This document shows, piece by piece, positions 18,814 to 29,705 of a DNA stretch of 64,000 bases. The position numbers and the translations under genes are program-made. Numbering within the stretch: position 1 is the stretch's first letter; each line of letters begins with the position of its first letter. Below the pieces are notes generated by a model. It did not search any database, was not told where the DNA came from, and saw nothing but the letters and a program-made list of their open reading frames with translations. This DNA comes from an uncultured Candidatus Saccharibacteria bacterium (GTDB taxonomy: Bacteria > Patescibacteriota > Saccharimonadia > Saccharimonadales > Saccharimonadaceae). The DNA lies in NCBI GenBank assembly GCA_947166295.1, contig CAMVDR010000002.1:31889-95888 (forward strand), read 5' to 3'.

Positions 18814-20262
18814 ATGTTACTTGAAGATTATCGCAATGAAAGATTACGCAAACTAGAAGAACTCCGCGCGCGGGGACTAGATCCATATCCAGCTAAAAGT
18901 GCGCGTAATACTAAAATTTCTGAAATTATCAATCATTTTGACGAAAAAGACGGTCAAGAAGTAACGATAGCTGGGCGTATCGTAGCGATAAGATCTTTTG
19001 GCAAATTAGTATTTATTAAGGTACGTGATTATTTTGGTGAAATCCAGATTTTCATGAAAGCCGAGGGCGCCGCGCCAGAAGGCTTGTTGGGGGCTAAAGA
19101 CATCAAGCTATTAGACACCGGTGATTTTATTGAAGCTACCGGTAAAGTCAGCAAGTCACAAACCGGTGAAATATCCGTATTTTCTAATTTTGTAAAATTG
19201 CTAACTAAATCTTTGCGGCCTTTACCAGAAAAATTCACCAACAAAGAAGAACGCTATCGCCGACGCTATGTGGATATGAACGTGAATCCAGAAGTGCGCG
19301 AAAGATTGGTACGGCGCAGTAAGTTTTGGCAAGCTACGCGAGATTTTATGAATAAACACGGGTTTATTGAAGTAAATATTCCGGTACTAGAGCACACTAC
19401 GGGCGGTGCAGATGCTACACCGTTTACTACTCACATGAACGCGTTGGATGAAGATTTTTATCTGCGGATTTCGCATGAACTACCTTTGAAACGACTGCTT
19501 GGTGGTGGATTTGAAAAGGTATATGATATTGGCCCGAGATTTCGCAATGAAGGCGTAGATGATGAACACTTGCCAGAACATATCGCATTTGAGAGCTACG
19601 CCGCATACGAGAACTACGAAGATGGCATGAAGCTATACGAAGAAATGATTAAATATGTAGCGATGGAAACTTGGGGCACGCTAAAGTTTCACGTAGGTGG
19701 CTTTGATATTGATTTAGACTGCGAGTGGCCACGCGTAAAATATGCGGATCTACTTAAGGAAAAATTCGATGTAGACGTATTTAACCCAGATCGTGAGCAA
19801 TTAGTCCAGATTTTGAAAGAAAACGGTGTAGAGACGAATTTTGACGTAAGCGAAGCGCGTTTAATAGACCATGTGTGGAAACTAATCCGCAAAACCTCGG
19901 CGGGTCCATACTGGCTGATAGAAGAGCCTTTGTCGCTTTCGCCACTGGCGAAAAAGTCTACAGATAATCCACTAGTAACCGAGCGGTTCCACCCGATTAT
20001 TGCTGGCACAGAGATGGGTAATGGGTTTTCGGAGCTTAATGACCCACTGGATCAATTAGAGAGATTTGAAGAACAGCAAGCAGCGCGCGATGCAGGCGAT
20101 GATGAAGCTCAGATGCTAGATATGGATTTTGTGGAGATGCTAGAGTATGGCATGCCGCCGGCTTGTGGTTGGGGCAACAGCGAACGCAATTTCTGGCTAC
20201 TAGAAGGTGTGCCAGGTAGAGAAGCAGTACCTTTCCCAACTATGAAATCTAAAGAAGATTAG
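18814..20262 (+). CDS. lysS: Lysine--tRNA ligase (class II)
   Basis: OB fold, RYRRRYVD, GGADATPF, FRNEG, FSELNDP, LEYGMPP. Confidence 0.97.
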   Translation: MLLEDYRNERLRKLEELRARGLDPYPAKSARNTKISEIINHFDEKDGQEVTIAGRIVAIRSFGKLVFIKVRDYFGEIQIFMKAEGAAPEGLLGAKDIKLLDTGDFIEATGKVSKSQTGEISVFSNFVKLLTKSLRPLPEKFTNKEERYRRRYVDMNVNPEVRERLVRRSKFWQATRDFMNKHGFIEVNIPVLEHTTGGADATPFTTHMNALDEDFYLRISHELPLKRLLGGGFEKVYDIGPRFRNEGVDDEHLPEHIAFESYAAYENYEDGMKLYEEMIKYVAMETWGTLKFHVGGFDIDLDCEWPRVKYADLLKEKFDVDVFNPDREQLVQILKENGVETNFDVSEARLIDHVWKLIRKTSAGPYWLIEEPLSLSPLAKKSTDNPLVTERFHPIIAGTEMGNGFSELNDPLDQLERFEEQQAARDAGDDEAQMLDMDFVEMLEYGMPPACGWGNSERNFWLLEGVPGREAVPFPTMKSKED

Positions 20263-20652
20263 ATGAATACAAAAGACTTTGGCGAGTTTGTAATGGGGGA
20301 ATTTGGTGGCGTGACACATGATCACCCATGGGAATCTAATCCCACATATACAGTGTATCGCCACAGCGATAATAAGAAATGGCTAGCACTAGTTTTTGAT
20401 GCGACAAAAGAACAGCTCCTAAAACTAAAACCGGAAGATAATACCGTGCGGGAGTATACCGATGGCGAGAGAATCGATGTGGTAAATTTGAAGCTAGACC
20501 CAGAAATGATAGAGGACGTAATAAAAACGCCAGGGATTTTCCCGGCGTTTCATATGAACAGAAGATATTGGGTAACGGTGATACTGGACGGCACGGTAGA
20601 TGCCAGAACTTTAGCGCCACTGGTAGAGATGAGCTATGATTTAACTATGTGA
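20263..20652 (+). CDS. MmcQ/YjbR family DNA-binding protein
   Basis: RH..NKKW, NLKLDP, PAFHMNRRYW, SYDLT. Confidence 0.8.
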   Translation: MNTKDFGEFVMGEFGGVTHDHPWESNPTYTVYRHSDNKKWLALVFDATKEQLLKLKPEDNTVREYTDGERIDVVNLKLDPEMIEDVIKTPGIFPAFHMNRRYWVTVILDGTVDARTLAPLVEMSYDLTM

Positions 20653-20687
20653 AAGCGGTAGACAAATTAAACTTTATACAGTTTTAC

Positions 20688-22304
20688 TTACTGAGCAACG
20701 CAGCGCACAGATCGCCCGTATCCTCTATTGTTGCCTCCATTGTCGGCTGGACCTACGACGTTAGTACTAAAGTATAAATTAAAAGCGCAGCCACTACTAC
20801 AGATCGTGTTAGACCAATAGTCACCGCGGTTGTCAAAACCGTTAATGGAGCCATTGCTCATAAAACCGGATCGTACAAACCATAGAGGAGATTCCATTAA
20901 CTTAGCCCCAGATCCAGTACCGTAAGTTTGACCGTCATTATAAAGTTGGTTCAACCTACCAAACTCATTAGTAGAACCAGGGAGTGTATTAGCTTGGTTA
21001 GAGATAGTAGGCAATCTCCATCCTTTAGGACAGATAGAGTTTTGCGGGTTTTTAGATATATCACTTGATGTATTTTGTGTTAATGAAGAAGAGTTACTAG
21101 AAGCTATAGCAGCCGTCCAGTTATAATAATTACCTAGGGATTCATGGCCAGTAGATGGGCCGTCTACTTTCTTGGCAGAATATGGGTAAACATTTGAGTT
21201 GGCCCAGTCTGGGCTGGTGCCACGAATAGTGCTAGTTATGGCGGTATTTTTTGGTATCCAAGTAATAACTTGTGTGTTTTCATCATATGAATAACCATCT
21301 GTATAAGCTGCAGAAGGATAATCTACAAGATCAGTATCATTGGATGTAAATGTGCGCATTACAGTATTTCCAGCACCGTCTACATAGCTTAAATCTATGG
21401 CCAAATTCTGCGTCATCCAAATATGTCCATCTTTTAGCTTAGTCACCCAGTAGGCTTTATAATCTCGCCTATCTAACACTAGAGCAGTATCGCCTACATT
21501 TAAGGTATCTTTCCAATTAGCTACATCTTGCATGTAGAGAACGCTTGGGCCGGTATATGGATGGGCTATTAAGTAGCGTACTTGCCCAGTATAAGAGCCG
21601 GATGGTTGGGCAGTAGAAATGTAGGCGGCATAGGTAGTAGAAAAGGATGAGCCAGTAGTACTAGCTACAGTGCCACTAGGTTTAGAGATGACTGGCGTCC
21701 ATCCATTAGGAACAGCGGAATACTCATTATATGGCGGTATAATGCTAGGAGTGTCGCTACCTTGGTTGGTTTGTACTACGTTGCCATCGTTGTTGGTAAT
21801 ATAGCCGTATTCTTCACCTGTTTCACCACCCAGATTACCCACATTGGTAGTACTAAGTTTCATCGTCCAGGCAGAAATAGGGCCAGAAGTAGCAGTACCG
21901 GTAGAAATGTCATAGTTATTGGTACTAGTGCTACGGTCACTAATTAATTTGTTGTTACCTAATTCATTATTACTAAAGCCACTAGCATAGACTACATAGC
22001 CATTTTCATCATTACAATAAGTAGTAATGGTGGTTTTACCAATATCTGATACATATCTACCATTAATAATAGAAGCATTGTGAGCATTATTAATATCACT
22101 AACCAATGTACAGGAAGTAGGAATAGAAATATTAACACTATCTGCAGAGGAAAGTTCTGCGGCAGAAGAATGAGAAACGTTAAGACCAAGAATAAGAACG
22201 GAAAAGATGAGAAGAGGAATAGAAACTAACAATACATTACGGAAAGCATAGTAGAAGAAATCTACTCTACTATTTACTAAAGCTTGTTTTACTTTGTGGC
22301 CCAT
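20688..22304 (-). CDS. FISUMP-like surface protein; paralogue 2
   Basis: N-terminal TM; TYCND; QPSGSYTG; KLKDGHIWMTQNL; GNYYNWTAA; SICPKGWRLP; GRSVRCVAQ. Confidence 0.78.
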   Translation of the reverse strand: MGHKVKQALVNSRVDFFYYAFRNVLLVSIPLLIFSVLILGLNVSHSSAAELSSADSVNISIPTSCTLVSDINNAHNASIINGRYVSDIGKTTITTYCNDENGYVVYASGFSNNELGNNKLISDRSTSTNNYDISTGTATSGPISAWTMKLSTTNVGNLGGETGEEYGYITNNDGNVVQTNQGSDTPSIIPPYNEYSAVPNGWTPVISKPSGTVASTTGSSFSTTYAAYISTAQPSGSYTGQVRYLIAHPYTGPSVLYMQDVANWKDTLNVGDTALVLDRRDYKAYWVTKLKDGHIWMTQNLAIDLSYVDGAGNTVMRTFTSNDTDLVDYPSAAYTDGYSYDENTQVITWIPKNTAITSTIRGTSPDWANSNVYPYSAKKVDGPSTGHESLGNYYNWTAAIASSNSSSLTQNTSSDISKNPQNSICPKGWRLPTISNQANTLPGSTNEFGRLNQLYNDGQTYGTGSGAKLMESPLWFVRSGFMSNGSINGFDNRGDYWSNTICSSGCAFNLYFSTNVVGPADNGGNNRGYGRSVRCVAQ

Positions 22305-22346
22305 CTTTTAACCTCGCTTATATATATGATTACTACTACTCCCCCA

Positions 22347-22559
22347 TGTGGTACCACTATATTAATGGGGATTAACAAAAATGGCACCGCAAGGGTGCAA
22401 ACATACAATCAATCTAACGCCTAATGGTGCTCGAAAGCTGTAATACCTCGCGGTACCATTTACACTTTCAAGAACCATTATTCGTAATAAAATAAGACGT
22501 TCCTTAAATGATTATATGTTTGCACCACCATTGTACCATGTCCACCCGCTAAAAATCAA
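22347..22559 (-). promoter_or_regulatory. Conserved structured 5' leader, copy B, with promoter TTGATT...TGGTACAAT
   Basis: Stem 22509-22526 pairs with 22394-22411; loop motif 22446-22460; invariant tail 22376-22394. Confidence 0.75.
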
Positions 22560-22577
22560 CAAAATTTCGATAATGTT

Positions 22578-23624
22578 TTAGCTTAAGCTCCAGTTATTCG
22601 CGCCGAGGGAGCGAATTTGGCCTTTGATTTCTAGTAAGGTTACTATTTGGTTGAAATCGCTGGCAGATAGATGGAGAGCTTGCATGATTTCTTCACCGTT
22701 ACGGAGACCTTTAGATAGTGCTAGCAAAATAGCTGTTTCTTCTTCTGTGTCGCCAAAAAGTAGGGCTTGGGTGGATTTTGTGCGCTTTTTAAGATACTCC
22801 CCTGGAAATAGCACGCGCAAGAGATCGTCTGGGCTAGTGTAAGGATTGGCACCCTGGCGGATAAGTTTGTTGCATCCTTGAGAATATGGGTTAGTAATAT
22901 TGCCCGGTACCGCAAAAACTTCTTTACCTTGCTCCAGGGCATGGGCGGCAGTATTGAGCGAGCCAGATTTTTCGGCAGCTTCTACCACCACCACGATATC
23001 CGCAAGGCCCGCCACTATACGATTGCGATAAAGAAATGAAGCTTTAGGATCATAATTACGTTGCCCGGTGGCAGAGTCTATATATTCTACTGGCGCCAGA
23101 GGATGACGATGATTTACTGGGGTGTTTTTAGGCGCATATTCACTAATGATAGCCCCGCCTTTGTCTATGATTTCCTTGGCTAGTGACTTATGTGCGGTGG
23201 GATAGATGTGATCTATAGGTGTACCGAGTACGGCTACCGTAACGCCGCCGGAATCTAGGCACCCTCGGTGTGCGATACTATCTATGCCATAAGCTAAGCC
23301 AGAAATCACCACGACGCCATGTTTAGCGAGTTCATAAGCCATTTTATAGGCTACCTCTTCACCGTATCTGGTATTACGCCGTGCGCCCACAATAGCCACA
23401 GACTTAGGACGCTTTGTTCGGTTTTTTGTGCTTGATTTTATAGTATTTTTATGCTGTTTTAGTGTTGCGGATTCCTCCATTTTTGACATATTTTCCGGCA
23501 TTTTACCATGAAAATACAATGTTTTAGGCTTAAGCGCAATGGAGTCTAACACCTCTGTAAAATTGGCTTCTAGGGGTGAAATTTGGTTGAATTTTTGAAA
23601 AAAGTGTGAAAAAAGTGTTGACAT
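22578..23624 (-). CDS. dprA: DNA-processing protein DprA
   Basis: VAIVGAR, ISGLAYGID, RNRIVAGL, VEAAEKSGSL, VFAVPG; next to topA. Confidence 0.93.
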   Translation of the reverse strand: MSTLFSHFFQKFNQISPLEANFTEVLDSIALKPKTLYFHGKMPENMSKMEESATLKQHKNTIKSSTKNRTKRPKSVAIVGARRNTRYGEEVAYKMAYELAKHGVVVISGLAYGIDSIAHRGCLDSGGVTVAVLGTPIDHIYPTAHKSLAKEIIDKGGAIISEYAPKNTPVNHRHPLAPVEYIDSATGQRNYDPKASFLYRNRIVAGLADIVVVVEAAEKSGSLNTAAHALEQGKEVFAVPGNITNPYSQGCNKLIRQGANPYTSPDDLLRVLFPGEYLKKRTKSTQALLFGDTEEETAILLALSKGLRNGEEIMQALHLSASDFNQIVTLLEIKGQIRSLGANNWSLS

Positions 23625-23646
23625 TTTTTACCTCGTGTGATATAAT
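23618..23646 (+). promoter_or_regulatory. Consensus sigma70 promoter overlapping the dprA start codon
   Basis: TTGACA-17 nt-TATAAT with extended TG. Confidence 0.8.
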
Positions 23647-23652
23647 GAATAC

Positions 23653-23960
23653 AGTTAGGGTAACAAAAACACCCTACACCGCACCTAAATAAGTTATAAT
23701 TTCAGCTATACTACTTCCAGTGTAGCAGAAATTGCGTGCTTTTGAAACCCTTTCGGATTTAAAATTTCTTCATGGTTTTAAATTTTATAAGTATTACCTC
23801 CACTTAGAAAGGACAATTTCGAAGGCATAGCAATCCCTCTAACCGGCGGGCCCCAATTGTGTGAGGTGGGTTACGCTCCGGGGTTCACCCGGTATAGTAG
23901 TGAAGCGTTAGAGGGCAAAATAGCCTCAGGTGATGCCCACCCTTACCTGAGGCTTTTTTG
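23653..23960 (+). ncRNA. Candidate ~300-nt structured non-coding RNA
   Basis: Consensus promoter, no ORF in the track, multiple hairpins, terminator AGCCTCAGGT...ACCTGAGGCT-TTTTT. Confidence 0.55.
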
Positions 23961-23979
23961 TTTATGCTATAATTAGCGT

Positions 23980-24585
23980 ATGGATAACAACGCACCATAC
24001 GAAGCGAATAACACCAAACACGAAGAACAGATGCTTGTGCAAAGTGCGGGCAATTCAGTACAGCATGACATAAAGTTTCTTACCCAAGAAAGACCGGCAA
24101 TAAAAATTATTAGAGTGGTCTGGAAGATAATAAAGATTCTTTTGGCCATATTGTTAGGCTACTTGCTCATAATTTCGATACCTACGCTGTTTATGTTTGT
24201 TAGTTCAGCACTTCAAGAAAAATCTACTTCGCTGACAATGAGCATATCAGTAGTAGTAGTGTTTTGTTTCGCATTTGCAGTAGTATCACTATCCATAAAA
24301 AGATATCAGCAATTGTCGCAAACTATCGCTCCGCAATTGAATGGAAAATTGCTAATTTATAGTATCGTGGGAAGTATATCTTTAGCAATGCTATTAATGG
24401 CGGTTGTTGTGGTAGTGAATTTAGTCACACAACTCGCAAATTGTGAAGGATCGAGTTGCGCCGCATGGACAATTGTTAGTTTTGCATCATATCCAGTCAT
24501 ATCTTTCACGGCATTATCCATTATTTCTATTATTAAGATTGTCAAGACAAATAAACTCATAACACCGCCAGCGCAATCTAGATAA
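23980..24585 (+). CDS. Hypothetical four-TM membrane protein
   Basis: ORF with four hydrophobic segments; TGCTATAAT 6 nt before ATG. Confidence 0.65.
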   Translation: MDNNAPYEANNTKHEEQMLVQSAGNSVQHDIKFLTQERPAIKIIRVVWKIIKILLAILLGYLLIISIPTLFMFVSSALQEKSTSLTMSISVVVVFCFAFAVVSLSIKRYQQLSQTIAPQLNGKLLIYSIVGSISLAMLLMAVVVVVNLVTQLANCEGSSCAAWTIVSFASYPVISFTALSIISIIKIVKTNKLITPPAQSR

Positions 24586-24620
24586 TGGTCACGGTTGACG
24601 TGGTGTGATATTATAGTATT

Positions 24621-27041
24621 ATGTCTAAAAACTTGGTAATAGTAGAGAGCCCGGCGAAAGCACACACCATCGAGAAATATCTCGGCAGTGATTTTAAGGT
24701 GCTAGCTAGCGTGGGGCACATTAGAAAAGACACCAAAGTAGATAAGACTACTTTTGATGTGACATACGAGATAGACCCGGGGCATAAATCTATTATTACT
24801 GAACTAAAAAAAGAAGCCAAAGCGGCCGAGAAAATCTGGCTCGCAACCGATGAAGACCGCGAAGGAGAATCTATTTCGTGGCATTTATGTGAAGTGTTGA
24901 AGCTTCCAAAAGATACAGCGCGGATTACTTTTCATGAGATTACTAAGCCGGCACTGGAAAATGCCATTAAAAACCCCCGTACAGTAGATATGGATATGGT
25001 TGCCAGCCAACAAGCTAGGCAAACCCTAGACATGCTAGTGGGGTACGATCTCTCTGATATCGTGCGAAAGAAAGTACCGGGGGCAATATCGGCAGGGCGA
25101 GTACAGAGTCCGGCCCTACGCTTAATCGTGGAGCGTGAGAAAGAGATTGAAAAATTTGAAAGTAAATTCAATTTTAAGGTAACGGGGAAATTTGCGAAAG
25201 ATGGAGCAGATTTTGATGCCGCATTGGATGGCAAAGGGCCAGAGGCAGAAGATGCTGCACGTAAGCTATTAGAGGAATTATCTGGTGCGAATTTTGAAGT
25301 GGCCGAAGTGGAAGAAACAGAAGGTAGTAAAGCTAACCCTGTACCGTTTACCACTGCGGCTTTACAGATAGAGGCTAACTCTAAACTGGGGTTTACTTCG
25401 CGTACCACTATGAGCGCAGCACAAGGGCTGTATCAAGCGGGGCTAATTACTTATCATAGAACGGATTCATTAAATCTATCTAGCCAGGCTATCGGGATGA
25501 TTTCGGCTTATATCGAAGAAAATTTTGGCAAAGATTATTTAAAAGTGCGACATTTTAAGACTAAAGATGCTAGTGCTCAAGAAGCGCACGAAGCGATCCG
25601 GCCAACCAATATAGCTAGGCTTGATGCTGGTAAAAATGACTATGAGAAACGCCTGTATCGTTTGGTTTGGGCACGAACAGTGGCAACGCAAATGGCAAGC
25701 GCTAAGGTAGCCAAAACCACTATTCGTATTAAAGCCAGCCCCTCGGCGGGTCCTGCCGTCGCAGTTTCCCCCACTGTGCTCGACTCGCGTCTGCGCGCAG
25801 CGGGGACCCCCCCAGCTCCGTCACCCGCCGACGTAGAGCTAATCTTCATTGCCAAAGGTGAAGTGGTGGTATTTGACGGGTTTTTGAAAGTTTACGGCAA
25901 ATCCAAGGATCTAGAGCTGCCAAAAGTAGCTAAAGGCGACAAAATGGATTGTTTGGAGCTAACCGCACGGCAAACTTTTGCGAAACCATCTGCTAGATAT
26001 ACTGAAGGTTCGCTAGTGAAAAAATTAGAGGAACTAGGGATCGGCCGGCCATCTACCTATGCGTCAATTATGACGGCGATCCAGGCGCGTGGCTATGTGG
26101 TAAAAGGTGAAAGCGAAGGGGAAGAACGCGAAGTAGTAGAGCTAAAAGCCGCCAAGGGTAATGTAGTACGCAATGTGGTAAAAGAAAAATTCGGTGCCAA
26201 CAAAGGTAAATTAATTCCTACGCCGATTGGCGAGTTAGTATCTGGGTTCTTGACTGATAATTTCAAGAATATCGTAGATTATAAATTCACTGCAAATATT
26301 GAGAAAGACTTAGACCTTGTGGCTGACGCCAAGCTAGAACGCGTAAAAATGTTGAAAGATTTTTATGGGCCATTTAGAGATACGGTATTGATTGCGAATG
26401 GAGTAGAACGTTACAACAATGCGCGCCTGCTCGGCCATGACCCAGAGACCGGCAAGCCGATTTATGCTAAAGTTGGCAAAAACGGCGGGTTTATCCAATT
26501 GGGAGATAACGAAAAAGAAACCGGCGAAAAACCACGTTTCGCGCCTTTGCCAAAGCGCAAATCTGTAAAAACCGTGAATCTAGAGCAGGCCCTGAAACAA
26601 TTAGCTTTACCTGCTCTGCCGCGCGAGTTAGGCAAGGCACCAGATGGCGCAGAGTTAATTGCCGCCAACGGGCCGTTTGGGCCGTACCTTAAGGGCGGCA
26701 AATATAATATCCCGATGAAGGATTTTGACCCGTATACGGTGACCCTAGAAGAAGCTTTGCCTTTATACCAGGCAAAGGTAGATTCGATTATTGCTGATTG
26801 GGGCGAAATCATGATTATTAACGGCGCTTATGGGCCATATATCAAAGGGCCGGGGCGACGCAATAATGTAAAAATTCCGAAAGAAACTGACCCTAAGACT
26901 ATTACGCGCGAGCAAGCAGAAGAAATGCTAGCCAATAAACCCAAAACTACGCGGCGTGGAGTACGAGGTGGTGCAAAGAGAAAAACTGCTGCCAAGAAAA
27001 CCGCGGCCAAGAAATCCGCGAAAAAGACTACGAAAAAATAA
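24621..27041 (+). CDS. topA: DNA topoisomerase I with in-frame palindromic insertion and Lys-rich tail
   Basis: LVIVESPAKA, ATDEDREGE, SAGRVQS, ITYHRTDS, AHEAIRPT, GIGRPSTYA. Confidence 0.97.
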   Translation: MSKNLVIVESPAKAHTIEKYLGSDFKVLASVGHIRKDTKVDKTTFDVTYEIDPGHKSIITELKKEAKAAEKIWLATDEDREGESISWHLCEVLKLPKDTARITFHEITKPALENAIKNPRTVDMDMVASQQARQTLDMLVGYDLSDIVRKKVPGAISAGRVQSPALRLIVEREKEIEKFESKFNFKVTGKFAKDGADFDAALDGKGPEAEDAARKLLEELSGANFEVAEVEETEGSKANPVPFTTAALQIEANSKLGFTSRTTMSAAQGLYQAGLITYHRTDSLNLSSQAIGMISAYIEENFGKDYLKVRHFKTKDASAQEAHEAIRPTNIARLDAGKNDYEKRLYRLVWARTVATQMASAKVAKTTIRIKASPSAGPAVAVSPTVLDSRLRAAGTPPAPSPADVELIFIAKGEVVVFDGFLKVYGKSKDLELPKVAKGDKMDCLELTARQTFAKPSARYTEGSLVKKLEELGIGRPSTYASIMTAIQARGYVVKGESEGEEREVVELKAAKGNVVRNVVKEKFGANKGKLIPTPIGELVSGFLTDNFKNIVDYKFTANIEKDLDLVADAKLERVKMLKDFYGPFRDTVLIANGVERYNNARLLGHDPETGKPIYAKVGKNGGFIQLGDNEKETGEKPRFAPLPKRKSVKTVNLEQALKQLALPALPRELGKAPDGAELIAANGPFGPYLKGGKYNIPMKDFDPYTVTLEEALPLYQAKVDSIIADWGEIMIINGAYGPYIKGPGRRNNVKIPKETDPKTITREQAEEMLANKPKTTRRGVRGGAKRKTAAKKTAAKKSAKKTTKK
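25743..25831. mobile_element. 89-bp GC-rich palindromic element (family P1) in frame in topA
   Basis: TCGGCGGGT...ACCCGCCGA ends; close copies at 48172-48260 and 52519-52607. Confidence 0.85.
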
Positions 27042-27042
27042 T

Positions 27043-28659
<1,617 letters not shown>

Positions 28660-28777
28660 TTATGACAGATTACGGGGAATATTGCAAGAATTAACACTAT
28701 ATATCCTTATTATATCATACTTATGCTAAAAAATCAAGACTTGACGGCCGTACGCTTATGCTTTAATATTGAATTAA

Positions 28778-28933
28778 GCTGATACGCTTCACAGGGGTTC
28801 CACTGAGTTACTTAGTGGAGTGTGGAGACTTACATTAAAAACAAAAACAGCGGATTAAAACAAACCAATGTGCCCCAAGGGTGGGCGCGCATCAGCGCGA
28901 AAGGAAGACGACCATAAAAAGTCGTCTTTTTTC
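28778..28933 (+). ncRNA. Candidate ~150-nt small RNA
   Basis: TTGACG-17-TAATAT upstream; closing stem GCTGATACGC/GCGCATCAGC; inner hairpins; terminator AAGACGAC/GTCGTCTT-TTTT. Confidence 0.5.
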
Positions 28934-28984
28934 TTTATTTTGCTAGGAGCAGAAAAAGCCGGCACTAGGGCCGGCTTAGAGGTG

Positions 28985-29530
28985 CTACCATGGTCTGCCG
29001 ATTAATCGAACTGAGCAACCGATATGTTTGCCATTATCAAGAACATTTCTGATAAACGTAGGCTCGCCGCACGAATTCATGCATAAGATGCTGGCTTGGC
29101 CCCCGTATTCGCCAGTACCTTTGCACCAGTAATGCCCGGTGACACCATAGGCGATAGCTTGACGGTAAGTAAAGTCTAGCGGAGACTTATTGTAGTCTTC
29201 CAAAGTGGTAAGAATACCGATCGAGCCATAAAATCCGAGACCGAGCGCTGTAGCCAGGTTATAGCTATGACAAATGCCATCTTTATAGCCATATCTAGCG
29301 ATAATTTGTTCAAATTCCCGATCCGTAGGAAGAGTAAAACCGTAGCCACCGGTTGGACAGCCAGAATTTAGGAAGTCTACAAGAAGCATAGCTTCTTCGT
29401 AAGAGAAGTATTTCTTGCCCTTCGTATACCTACAATATTTTGCCAAATCGTCTGTATGGCATAAATCCGTTGTAGCGATTGCAAACCCTGGCATCTTGAA
29501 ACGATCGAAACAGATTGATGGATATTTCAT
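28985..29530 (-). CDS. Stand-alone FISUMP/Lcl-like domain protein, no signal peptide
   Basis: FSYEEA, FTLPTDREF, GHYW, GCSVRLI motifs; similar to 37068 and 37717 ORFs. Confidence 0.55.
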   Translation of the reverse strand: MKYPSICFDRFKMPGFAIATTDLCHTDDLAKYCRYTKGKKYFSYEEAMLLVDFLNSGCPTGGYGFTLPTDREFEQIIARYGYKDGICHSYNLATALGLGFYGSIGILTTLEDYNKSPLDFTYRQAIAYGVTGHYWCKGTGEYGGQASILCMNSCGEPTFIRNVLDNGKHIGCSVRLIGRPW

Positions 29531-29705
29531 ATTTTCACCTCCTTAAGGTACAATTTTTGAATTCGCCCAATATTCAACAATCTTAGTTATCTTATATCTT
29601 ATCCTGGCAAAAATGTCAATTTAATGAGTTGACTTTGCGAGGCATAAATGTTATTATAAGAAAACTAGTATTTTTCTCAACAATAAATATATGGAGGTGC
29701 AAAAC

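Noticed and set aside
23040-23500. Extra peptide segments in DprA (and in RseP near 14920-15040) as more palindromic insertions
   Set aside because: The DNA is not evidently palindromic and shares no motif with P1-P3; treated as ordinary loop expansions.
23653-23960. RNase P RNA, tmRNA or SRP RNA
   Set aside because: No GAGGAAAGTCC-type P4 motif, no tRNA-like CCA end and no SRP domain IV motif seen.
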